Virus record (IMG/VR): IMGVR_UViG_3300044855_000299
Coordinates: 1-35,738 of that record
Length of the DNA: 35,738 nt
Direction: 5' to 3' (one strand)
Origin: a virus
Taxonomy: Duplodnaviria; Caudoviricetes
Part shown: positions 1-8,519 of the stretch, piece by piece
Numbering within the stretch: position 1 is the stretch's first letter
How the letters are laid out: every line of letters starts with the position of its first letter
Made by a program: the position numbers and the translations under genes
The notes under the pieces: generated by a model
What the model was told of the DNA's origin: nothing
Database searches by the model: none
What the model saw: only the letters and a program-made list of their open reading frames with translations

Positions 1-33
1 TATTAATTCTTGCTAAACAGGGCTTCGAGAGTG

Positions 34-41
34 AATAAATA
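34..41 (+). promoter_or_regulatory. T4-type late promoter variant (AATAAATA)
   Basis: One mismatch to TATAAATA, 40 nt upstream of ORF 82. Confidence 0.5.
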
Positions 42-81
42 GACGTGGCTAACTTTAAAATAATTATTTCAGACAGCACAT

Positions 82-435
82 ATGGCTCAAAAGTTTATCC
101 AGCACATTAAGAATAAATCTTATATAGATTTTGTAAAAGAAACTCAAGCTATCCTCGATGCTCAACATGAAAAGCAAGTGCAGGAATTTATTGAAGTTCT
201 TCTTAGAAATGGGTCTCTTGTGAATGACTCAGAGACAACTGAAGTCCATGAAGCTCTTACTCGTAAACATTTTAAACTCGCTGCTGATAGCGTTAAGTCA
301 ATTGAAGACAAGCAAAAGCGCAAGGAACTAGCTCAGCATCATGCTGATATATTTACTAAATCCAACCCACGCTTTGACCGTAAAAAGTTTATGCAAGCTG
401 CTGGCGTAGAAGAGCACGAAGAGACCAAAAAATAA
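82..435 (+). CDS. hypothetical phage protein, possibly late/virion-internal
   Basis: 117 aa, charged and helical; C-terminal NPRFDRxxF motif that I recall from phage proteins; late-promoter-like site upstream. Confidence 0.6.
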   Translation: MAQKFIQHIKNKSYIDFVKETQAILDAQHEKQVQEFIEVLLRNGSLVNDSETTEVHEALTRKHFKLAADSVKSIEDKQKRKELAQHHADIFTKSNPRFDRKKFMQAAGVEEHEETKK

Positions 436-475
436 ACATCTCATTAACTCGCACAGTTTTAAAAAGTAATGTTCA

Positions 476-540
476 GCTTTGCCTTTGTTTAATAGAATTA
501 AACAATACGGTTTAATTTTGTTTTAAGCAAAAGGTAAAGT
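476..540 (+). promoter_or_regulatory. long imperfect RNA hairpin occluding the RBS of ORF 541
   Basis: gctttgcctttgtttaatagaattaaac / gtttaattttgttttaagcaaaaggtaaagt pair with several G-U pairs; 3' arm ends at the ATG. Confidence 0.6.
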
Positions 541-843
541 ATGCCATACATACGCACATCTGAAAGAGAAATCTATAATAAGCAAATATTAAAACTAGCG
601 GAAAAGATTCGCGAAGAAGGGTATAAAAGCGCAAGCTCTTTCACCGGGCAACTCAACTACGTTATAACTCGCCTTATCCTTGAACTTTATGGTCCTTATC
701 TGCCAAATTATGCAGATTTCAATGAAATAATTGGCGTTTTAGAATGTGCCAAATTAGAAATGTATAGACGACACGTCGGCACGTACGAAGACTTGAAAAT
801 TCAAGAAAACGGCGATGTAAAGCCATCTGGCACGAAACAATAG
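541..843 (+). CDS. conserved phage protein (DUF6899-like)
   Basis: MPYI...GQLNYVITRL...NEIIGVLECAKLEMYRR...YEDLKIQENGDV pattern. Confidence 0.7.
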   Translation: MPYIRTSEREIYNKQILKLAEKIREEGYKSASSFTGQLNYVITRLILELYGPYLPNYADFNEIIGVLECAKLEMYRRHVGTYEDLKIQENGDVKPSGTKQ

Positions 844-880
844 CTATAAAATACATTAACACTTAATTATATGTTTCTCT

Positions 881-1282
881 ATGACCAATCGAGTTTTGTT
901 TGTTTATGATAATTTGAAAGTTACCCTCAATCCAGGAGATCAGCCATATTACGGCTTTGATATTCTTGTCGGAGAAGCTCAATGTAGTGCGGAAGGCACT
1001 TTATACGACCTTGGTTCAGATGCAGGATTCGTACCCCATGGCAAGACGCGAGTAAGGGGGCAAATATGGATTGCCGATACAACAACCCTCATCGAAGAGC
1101 TAAAGGAATTTGCATACCCTAAAGGTAATGTTCGCTTAGTCTCCATCCATGTCACAATTACTGAAGAGAATGAAAAACTTGTAATTCCATCACTAACATT
1201 TGCGTTAGAGCAAATACCGCGAATGGCCAAGCCGGTGCAGTCAGGCTTTTGGCCAGTTCGCTGTTCTCTTAAAGGTAGTTAA
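881..1282 (+). CDS. degenerate gamma-glutamylcyclotransferase (AIG2-like) fold protein
   Basis: LFVYDNLK (cf. LFVYGTLK), GTLYDLG, VRGQIW (cf. VxGEVY). Confidence 0.55.
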   Translation: MTNRVLFVYDNLKVTLNPGDQPYYGFDILVGEAQCSAEGTLYDLGSDAGFVPHGKTRVRGQIWIADTTTLIEELKEFAYPKGNVRLVSIHVTITEENEKLVIPSLTFALEQIPRMAKPVQSGFWPVRCSLKGS

Positions 1283-1285
1283 AAT

Positions 1286-1690
1286 ATGTGGTCATTGATA
1301 ATAAAAGGACTAATCCTACTAAAGGACAATTTAGTACCAATTCTTATCTCAATTGGCGTGGGAATCGTTTTGTTTTTCGTTGTTGGCTTTTTTTCATTTC
1401 GGCAGAAACTTCATGAAGCTGAACAAAAGCTAACCATGGCAGAAACTCAGATCACTCAGTTGAAAAAGGATATACAGGAGATAACATCTGCACACATAGA
1501 CCTTTCAAAAGATGCAGAACAGTATAGAAAAAAGAGCCAAGACTTAGAAAGGCGTCTTGAAAGGCGAGGTAAAAAGCCCATTACTGAACTAGCTCGAAAG
1601 CGAGCTAAACTTGTAGAAAAAGCAATTAACTCAGGCACAAAAAAAGCTTTAAAATGCATTGAGATTATCAGTAATGGCGGAGCGTGTTAA
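1286..1690 (+). CDS. i-spanin (Rz-like)
   Basis: N-terminal TM helix, coiled coil, C-terminal cysteines; directly followed by a lipoprotein. Confidence 0.7.
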   Translation: MWSLIIKGLILLKDNLVPILISIGVGIVLFFVVGFFSFRQKLHEAEQKLTMAETQITQLKKDIQEITSAHIDLSKDAEQYRKKSQDLERRLERRGKKPITELARKRAKLVEKAINSGTKKALKCIEIISNGGAC

Positions 1691-1693
1691 CAT

Positions 1694-2002
1694 ATGAAAG
1701 CTAAAATATTGAAAATGGGCATTTTATTTGTGTTGTTTACTGGTTGCACTCCGGCGCAGAAGATTGGTAGGTCACCACTCAATTTACCATATCCAGAACC
1801 GCTCATTATGAGACCTGTTGAGTGGAGTGTTATTCCAGATAATTTAACAGGCACTCAAAAAGACAAAACAGTCCCATTCATTGCTCTAACCGAAGATGGA
1901 TATAAAAACTTAGCGGAAAACTTTAGAAATACTACGAATTTTATCGGTCTCCAGCATAAAATCATTGAAAAATATAAAAGCTACTACGAATCTGAAAAAT
2001 AA
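1694..2002 (+). CDS. o-spanin (Rz1-like lipoprotein)
   Basis: Signal peptide with lipobox LFTG-C, Pro-rich segment, C-terminal KYKSYYE. Confidence 0.7.
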   Translation: MKAKILKMGILFVLFTGCTPAQKIGRSPLNLPYPEPLIMRPVEWSVIPDNLTGTQKDKTVPFIALTEDGYKNLAENFRNTTNFIGLQHKIIEKYKSYYESEK

Positions 2003-2044
2003 TACGCGAAGTCTTGATATTAAAAAGCATACTTCGTTAACTTC

Positions 2045-2052
2045 TATAAATA
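2045..2052 (+). promoter_or_regulatory. T4-type late promoter TATAAATA
   Basis: Exact consensus 7 nt before the gp25 start. Confidence 0.85.
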
Positions 2053-2059
2053 ACGGAAT

Positions 2060-2452
2060 ATGCCAAGCGTTACTAAAAAATATTCTGATATAGATTTGTC
2101 GTTCACTCCTCATCCTGTAACCGGAGACATTACGGTTTTGCGCGATGCAGAGGCTGTTAAGCGGTCTTTAAGCAATTTAATTTCCATGAATAGATTTGAT
2201 CGCCCTTTTGAACCGGATCTCGGTACAAATTTACGCGAGCTGCTCTTTGAACCTATAAATCCACTTACAGAAAAATCAATTGATATGCAAATTCGAGGAG
2301 CTATTTCTCGATATGAACCCCGCGTTTCAATTACAGATTTGACAATTGAGGGAAGACCAGATGAACACGGCTATTATATAACGTTAAAATTCGTCATAGA
2401 TTCACTATCCATTTTTGAAACAATTACTGCGTTTTTAGAAAAACTTCGATAA
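2060..2452 (+). CDS. gp25: baseplate wedge subunit gp25-like
   Basis: YSDIDLSF..HPVTGDI, AVKRSLSNL, RPFEPDLG, YEPRV motifs. Confidence 0.93.
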   Translation: MPSVTKKYSDIDLSFTPHPVTGDITVLRDAEAVKRSLSNLISMNRFDRPFEPDLGTNLRELLFEPINPLTEKSIDMQIRGAISRYEPRVSITDLTIEGRPDEHGYYITLKFVIDSLSIFETITAFLEKLR

Positions 2453-2466
2453 GTTAAAAATAAGCT

Positions 2467-4269
2467 ATGACCACTAACTTTAAAAACCTTGATTACGCTC
2501 AAATAAAAACTTCCTTAATAGAGCATTTAAAAACCCTTAAGGAATTTCAAGATTTTGATTTTGAGGCAAGTGGTATTCAGCAGATTTTATCTATTCTTGC
2601 GTATAACACGGCATACAATGCTTTTTACTTAAACATGGTCGGTGCTGAGATGTTCTTGGATTCCGCTCAGCTCCGCTCTAGCGTCACATCACGTGCAAAA
2701 GCTATAGGATACACACCATCGTCAATTGCAGCAGCCAGAGCCAAGATACGCATAGAAATAGACACTACCACCGGACCAGGACCGGCTAATCCAGCATTCG
2801 TGAGATTAAACACAACTGATGAATTTCAATCTTATCTAGATGGAAAGGCTTACTTTTTTACCCCCGAAAGAACATACCTAATTGAGCCGAATGGTAACGG
2901 AAAGTACATAGAGGATGTGACACTAATTGAAGGGAAGCGCTTAAAGTACGAATATGTCGTCGATCGAACGTCCCCAGTCAAGCAAAGATTTGAAATTCCC
3001 AACAAGAACGTGGATATGACGACTCTTAATGTAAGAGTAAAGGAATCAGTTTCTTCTGCTGCTATTACTGTATTTTCAAAATCAGGAAACATCAATTTGC
3101 TTGATTCCAGCTCGCTTGTATATTTCACCCAAGAGAATGAAAATGGGCTCTACGAAGTTTATTTTGGCGAAGATGTACTCGGAGTTCAGCCTAAAAGCGG
3201 AAATATCGTGATACTAGAATACGTTGTAAGCAGTGGTTCCGCTGCCAACGGATTAAAAGTATTCGGAAAAATAAACAAACCGACTGGTTATGATTCGATT
3301 AAAATTAGCACACTACAAGCAGCCCAAGGCGGAAAGGAACAAGAAGATATTGATTCTATTAAACTTTTAGCTCCATTGCTTTATGAGTCTCAAGATAGAG
3401 CGGTTACCCGAAATGATTATGAGGCATTAATACGGAAAGATAATCCCAACATTCAATTTGTTAGAGTGTGGGGAGGTGAAGAGAACGTTCCGGCAGATTA
3501 CGGTAGGGTCTATGCGTCGATAAAACCTAAAACTGGAACGAGACTTTCAACAGAAGAGAAAGCTCTTATCGTCAATCGCCTCTTAAAAGAGAGAAACATA
3601 GTTTCAGTTGAAGTAAAGATCGTTGACCCAGAATACGTGTTCATGAATCTTACTTCAGTTGTAAATTTCAAATCCAAGAGCACAACGTTAAGAGCAGTAG
3701 ACATAAAAAAAGCAGTTTACGATGAGATAGTCGCCTATAAAGACTCAGTACTTAATGGATTTGACGCCGATTTTTCACATTCTAAAATGCTTGGTAAAAT
3801 TGACTCAGTAGATAGGTCTATTGTAGGAAATGTCACGACCATCGATATTAAGAAGCGCATTTATCCGGCCTTTAATTCGCCTTCGCGGTTTGAGATTAAT
3901 TTCTACAACCCAATCGATCGCGGGGATAGTGCTAATGAAGTCAATTCCGTAACCTCAAGTGGCTATACATATCGCGGTCTCCTTACGTACATTGGCGATG
4001 ATGGCAAGGGCGCATTATATCTGTATCGAATCGTAGACGGAAAAAAGGTAATTATTCAAAAGGGAATCGGCTCAGTTGATTATGAGAAAGGGCTTGTAGT
4101 TATCGATTCTTTAGACGTTCAGGGCATACCAAACGGCGATTTCATCGAAATGACGGCAAAGCCAGTTACGTACGACATTTATACCCCAAGGGAGGCTATT
4201 TTGCTTCTGGAGGAATCGGACATTGCAGTTTACGTGAAGGCTATCGATGTATTGGGAGAAAAGGCATAA
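2467..4269 (+). CDS. gp6: baseplate wedge subunit gp6-like
   Basis: DFDFEASG, LAYNTAYNAFY, FLDSAQLRSSV..AK.IGY.P, QDRAVT..DY, VWGGE motifs. Confidence 0.95.
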   Translation: MTTNFKNLDYAQIKTSLIEHLKTLKEFQDFDFEASGIQQILSILAYNTAYNAFYLNMVGAEMFLDSAQLRSSVTSRAKAIGYTPSSIAAARAKIRIEIDTTTGPGPANPAFVRLNTTDEFQSYLDGKAYFFTPERTYLIEPNGNGKYIEDVTLIEGKRLKYEYVVDRTSPVKQRFEIPNKNVDMTTLNVRVKESVSSAAITVFSKSGNINLLDSSSLVYFTQENENGLYEVYFGEDVLGVQPKSGNIVILEYVVSSGSAANGLKVFGKINKPTGYDSIKISTLQAAQGGKEQEDIDSIKLLAPLLYESQDRAVTRNDYEALIRKDNPNIQFVRVWGGEENVPADYGRVYASIKPKTGTRLSTEEKALIVNRLLKERNIVSVEVKIVDPEYVFMNLTSVVNFKSKSTTLRAVDIKKAVYDEIVAYKDSVLNGFDADFSHSKMLGKIDSVDRSIVGNVTTIDIKKRIYPAFNSPSRFEINFYNPIDRGDSANEVNSVTSSGYTYRGLLTYIGDDGKGALYLYRIVDGKKVIIQKGIGSVDYEKGLVVIDSLDVQGIPNGDFIEMTAKPVTYDIYTPREAILLLEESDIAVYVKAIDVLGEKA

Positions 4270-4273
4270 TTAA

Positions 4274-5980
4274 ATGTCAAACATATTTCCAACCAGTTTA
4301 AATAATGTTCCTACTGTCGGCACTCCCAATGTAGTCTTGGGGACGCTTTATATTTCAGTCCCCAGCATCGTTCGATTTCCTTCCGTCTCATCTCCTGCTG
4401 TAGGGAACATTAATATTAACGGTTTTGGTATAGCCAACGATCAGCAAAAGTTCGGGATACCATCAGCATATTCAACTAGCCAAGTTCCGGAGATTCATAG
4501 TCAAGTTGAATTTCTGTTTCCTGAGTTTATACAAGAAGAACACAGGGCATTTATCGCATTTATTCAAGAGTATTACAAATTCATTGAAAAAAGTGAAGGA
4601 CCACTTCACTTCTTGCGCCGACTTTTGCATCTGCAAAATATAGACCAAACGGCAAGCGATTTGCTCGAATATTTTTATAGAGAGTACGCGCCGACATTTC
4701 CTCGGAATACGGTACTATCTCCTGCGATTATTTTCAAAAATATTAAACAATTTTATGTCGCAAAGGGTTCTGAAAAATCGTTTGAATTTCTATTTCGCGT
4801 TTTCTTCGGTACCGAGATAGAATTCTACTATCCTCGCCTTGATATACTTCGCTTTTCGGATGGTAAGTGGATTCAAAACAGAACCATTAGAGGTATCTTA
4901 CTCCAAGGTGAGCCGTCAAAACTGATAGGAAATAGAATCTTCGGCGTGCAAAGCAAAGCAAGCGCCTTTGTCGAGAACGTGTTAATTACACAAGAAGGTT
5001 CAATTACAGTTCACGAACTGTTTTTAAACGCATCATCGATTGTGGGTAAATTTGAAATAGATGAAGTCGTAAAAGACGAAAGCGACCAAATAAAATGTCG
5101 AGTCTTACCGATGATTTCAGAAATAAAAATAACCTCTCCAGGGCGTGGGTATGAAGCAGGTCAGGAGTTGAGCATAATTGGAGAGGGCTTTAACTGCAAA
5201 GCCAGGGTGGGAAAAGTAAGTGAAAGCGGCGGAATCCAATCTGTTGAAATCTATAAATTTGGCGCTGGTTATAAAGCTGAAACCACTTCAGTTGCATTTC
5301 CGCAATATGCAAATGTAATTGAGCAGGCTTCGGGGAAACCTACTTTTAATTCAACGGTAAAATACCCAGGATATTTTTTAAACTCGGATGGAACGTTTTC
5401 TGATCTTAAATATATTCAAGATAGTTATTATTATCAGCAATTTAGTTATGTTATTCGATCGCCAGAAAGCCGAGACCGATACGAAAGTATTGTCAAGAAC
5501 CTAGCACATCCGGCAGGATTTATTTTCTTTTCTGAAGTTGTACTGGAAACTAATATCGACGCATCTCCAAATATTCCAGAAGATTTAGACGGTAACATTA
5601 CAACTAACTTTGAGCGATTTACTGATTATCGATTCGATTTTAACGAATTTCATGTTCCGATAAATGAATATGTATTTCAAGAAGTTCCAACTTCTACTGA
5701 GGACACAGATGTTGAGTTCTTTGCCGAGGATGTTACATACGCCGAGCGCAACACGCCTATGGGACCGACTTGGAATGATTGGGAAAAATGGAAGACGGAC
5801 TATCGCCCAACTCCAATATTCGGACAACCTACTGATGAAATTATACAGCCTGGATACTATTCACTCTACGCAAACACTCCATTAAAGGCTTTTGCTGATG
5901 TAAAATTAGCAGATATAGTGTTTAATTCGTTTGCACAAATTGATCACTTACCTGAGACGACGATTACTCAGGAAGTTTAA
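4274..5980 (+). CDS. gp7: baseplate wedge initiator gp7-like
   Basis: KNIKQFYVAKGSEKSFEFLFRVFF, SDGKW, IQDSYYYQQFSYVI, HPAGF; between gp6 and gp8. Confidence 0.85.
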   Translation: MSNIFPTSLNNVPTVGTPNVVLGTLYISVPSIVRFPSVSSPAVGNININGFGIANDQQKFGIPSAYSTSQVPEIHSQVEFLFPEFIQEEHRAFIAFIQEYYKFIEKSEGPLHFLRRLLHLQNIDQTASDLLEYFYREYAPTFPRNTVLSPAIIFKNIKQFYVAKGSEKSFEFLFRVFFGTEIEFYYPRLDILRFSDGKWIQNRTIRGILLQGEPSKLIGNRIFGVQSKASAFVENVLITQEGSITVHELFLNASSIVGKFEIDEVVKDESDQIKCRVLPMISEIKITSPGRGYEAGQELSIIGEGFNCKARVGKVSESGGIQSVEIYKFGAGYKAETTSVAFPQYANVIEQASGKPTFNSTVKYPGYFLNSDGTFSDLKYIQDSYYYQQFSYVIRSPESRDRYESIVKNLAHPAGFIFFSEVVLETNIDASPNIPEDLDGNITTNFERFTDYRFDFNEFHVPINEYVFQEVPTSTEDTDVEFFAEDVTYAERNTPMGPTWNDWEKWKTDYRPTPIFGQPTDEIIQPGYYSLYANTPLKAFADVKLADIVFNSFAQIDHLPETTITQEV

Positions 5981-6530
5981 TTTCGGGATCATAATCCAAT
6001 TGAATTTGTAACGCTCCCGCCTTCTCTATAACGGCATCCAAAGATATTGGGGTGAAATTCCAGCAATCGACTCCCACGTCAAAGGATAAGCCATGTGGTG
6101 GCATATTACCGTGACTGTGACCAAAGAGGTGAATTGACCCATGATTCGATCTCAGCCACGTTCGGTGTGCGTAATGGGAAAGAAAAAGCTGAACCTTTTT
6201 TCCTTTGTGTTGAGTTTTTAAAACGTGAACATCTTTAATAAATTGAAATCTTTGACTTGCAGGTTCACGAATCGCTGAATCGTCATGATTTCCTTTTATC
6301 AGATAGAGTTTGCCGTTAAGTCTTTGCAACACTCGATATAAATAGTCAGGGGAGCCAAACCCGACGTCCCCTAAGTGGTAAACGTGGTCATTTGGCTGAA
6401 CGACGGAGTTCCAGTTTTCTATGAGAGTTTCATTATGCTCGGCTAAAGATTCAAAAGGTCTGGCGCAATACTTAATTATGTTGCGATGGCCAAAATGAGT
6501 GTCTGCTGTAAAGAATATGCAACTTGTCAT
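5964..6530 (-). CDS. calcineurin-like metallophosphoesterase
   Basis: DTHFGH, HLGD, GNHD, LSHY, GHSH, DVGVD motifs all intact. Confidence 0.92.
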   Translation of the reverse strand: MTSCIFFTADTHFGHRNIIKYCARPFESLAEHNETLIENWNSVVQPNDHVYHLGDVGFGSPDYLYRVLQRLNGKLYLIKGNHDDSAIREPASQRFQFIKDVHVLKTQHKGKKVQLFLSHYAHRTWLRSNHGSIHLFGHSHGNMPPHGLSFDVGVDCWNFTPISLDAVIEKAGALQIQLDYDPEIKLPE

Positions 6531-6759
6531 ATGTTTGTTTGCCCAAATGGATCGGAAAAGTGATCGCTAAATCTTAGTTGTTTTACCAATCTATAAAAAT
6601 GTGGTCATTTCCATAGTAGATGTCACCACCAATATATTTATTGGAGAGCATATACAGCATTACATTTTGCAAAAGTAATGTTGTACATATGATCTCTTCA
6701 AATAAGATGTAAAAACGGTCATTGATAGTGAGACCAAGGAAAAACGGAAATATAGACGA

Positions 6760-6767
6760 TATAAATA
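6760..6767 (+). promoter_or_regulatory. T4-type late promoter TATAAATA
   Basis: Exact consensus upstream of gp8. Confidence 0.8.
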
Positions 6768-6801
6768 TCACACTGAATCGTTTCAACGGTGCTAAAGAAG
6801 A

Positions 6802-8511
6802 ATGACGGCTAAACTTACTCCCAATTTAAGGCTCCGCAATGCACAAGATTTTCTTGAGAATCTTGTAAATCACCCTATCACACCACCTCAAACGGCAGCC
6901 GATGGCTCGCATAAAGTGGATAGGAGTCACTATGTTTTTGTAGGTCGAACGAAGGAGTGGCCAACTAACCTTCTAGCGAATCCGGTAGTTTCGGAATATT
7001 CGCCCCCTTCACCGCAAAATACCGTCGCAGAAGACCTTGAGACCAGAGATCACATGATTGCTCTAAAGAAAGTTAGAGATGTGGATGCGACTCTTGTTGT
7101 TCGTCGCTTTAATTGGGATCAGTCCGGTCAAACGGTGTACGCGCCTTACGACATTTCTGACGCTGAATTGTTCAATCATCCTACTCAGGCTGAAATACAA
7201 GCTGCCAACGTAAACGGAACATATAAGGCGGGTAGTCATTATGTTATTACTGAAGATTATCACATTTTTAAATGTCTCTCCAACGGCAATGGAGCCAAAA
7301 GTACAGTTAAGCCAACCTTACCGTTAAGTCCACCGTTTACAGTTTCGGGCGTAGATGGTTATGTTTGGAAATATTTGGGAACAGTAACTAACTTCCAGAC
7401 TCAATATTTCCTCACTAACCAGTGGATTCCTGTAAAAAAACTTATCGACGACAGCGGTACAAATCAGTGGGATGTCCAAGTATCTGCTGTAGATGGTGCC
7501 ATAGACTCATATTTAATCGCAAATGCAGGTAACGATTATATTAATGTTTATTCTGGCACATTCGATGCTAGTGGCGTTAATACTGCTACATTACCCGAAG
7601 GTCCTACTCGCTCTCTCATTGACGATGCGTATAAAAATAGTCTCGTCTGGATTACAGGTGGAACCGGCTTTCCGTCAGGTCCGTTTTTAATTACAAGTTA
7701 CGTCGCAGCCACAAGGACTATTACAATCAGCGGAACGTGGGGAGTTGATGCAACTACCACATTTGAAATCCTTCCTAGAGCCGTAGTCTCAGGTAATGGC
7801 TCAGGCGCAACCGCTAAGGTGCTCGTCGATACTTCAACAAATAAAGTTAAGCAAGTACTCCCAGTAGAGTTTGGTAGCGGTTATAGCAACGCGACGGTTG
7901 AAATCTTCGGAGGAACAACAGGAACGCCAGCCACCGTAGTGCCACAAATTCCACCACCTGGCGGTCACGGTTCGGATATTGAGCGAGAATTGAATGCCTG
8001 CTTTGTAATGCTAACAGCTCGTCTTCCTTATGATGATGGAACTCAAGATTTCCCACTATCTAACGATTATCGTCAGGTGGGTATTATTCGAGATGTTAAG
8101 AAGTTAAACGGAGAACTTGCAAACGCCCAAACGCTAAGAGCGAGTAGGGGAATTAAATTAACAAGTGTTGCCACTGGAGCCGGAGGAGCTTTCCAACCTG
8201 ATGAATTAATCATAGGAACGAATGGAGTGACGACCGCAAGGGCTCGAATTATAGCAATTGTTAATGGTCCGGGACCAACAGATGCCAGCATTCATTTTTA
8301 TCAAGACTCTTCAACTGGATATGATTCTTTTGTTGCAGGCATGGCCGTTACTGGGTCAACGACAAATGCAACGGGGAATATTCCTGTAGGCGGGCTAATT
8401 GATTCGGAAATACAAAAATTATCTGGAGATATTCTATACATAGATAATAGGCGAGCTGTCTTAAGGGCACCGAATCAAACCGAAATACTTAGAGCTGTTA
8501 TTAAATTTTAA
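6802..8511 (+). CDS. gp8: baseplate wedge subunit gp8-like
   Basis: IFKCLSNG, DGYVWKYL, NDYRQVGII, SGDILYIDNR..R...Q.E...VIKF. Confidence 0.92.
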   Translation: MTAKLTPNLRLRNAQDFLENLVNHPITPPQTAADGSHKVDRSHYVFVGRTKEWPTNLLANPVVSEYSPPSPQNTVAEDLETRDHMIALKKVRDVDATLVVRRFNWDQSGQTVYAPYDISDAELFNHPTQAEIQAANVNGTYKAGSHYVITEDYHIFKCLSNGNGAKSTVKPTLPLSPPFTVSGVDGYVWKYLGTVTNFQTQYFLTNQWIPVKKLIDDSGTNQWDVQVSAVDGAIDSYLIANAGNDYINVYSGTFDASGVNTATLPEGPTRSLIDDAYKNSLVWITGGTGFPSGPFLITSYVAATRTITISGTWGVDATTTFEILPRAVVSGNGSGATAKVLVDTSTNKVKQVLPVEFGSGYSNATVEIFGGTTGTPATVVPQIPPPGGHGSDIERELNACFVMLTARLPYDDGTQDFPLSNDYRQVGIIRDVKKLNGELANAQTLRASRGIKLTSVATGAGGAFQPDELIIGTNGVTTARARIIAIVNGPGPTDASIHFYQDSSTGYDSFVAGMAVTGSTTNATGNIPVGGLIDSEIQKLSGDILYIDNRRAVLRAPNQTEILRAVIKF

Positions 8512-8519
8512 GTTTTAAT

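Noticed and set aside
6583-6786. 67-aa minus-strand ORF upstream of the phosphoesterase
   Set aside because: TTG start without SD, low-information product, and it spans the promoter region; insufficient support
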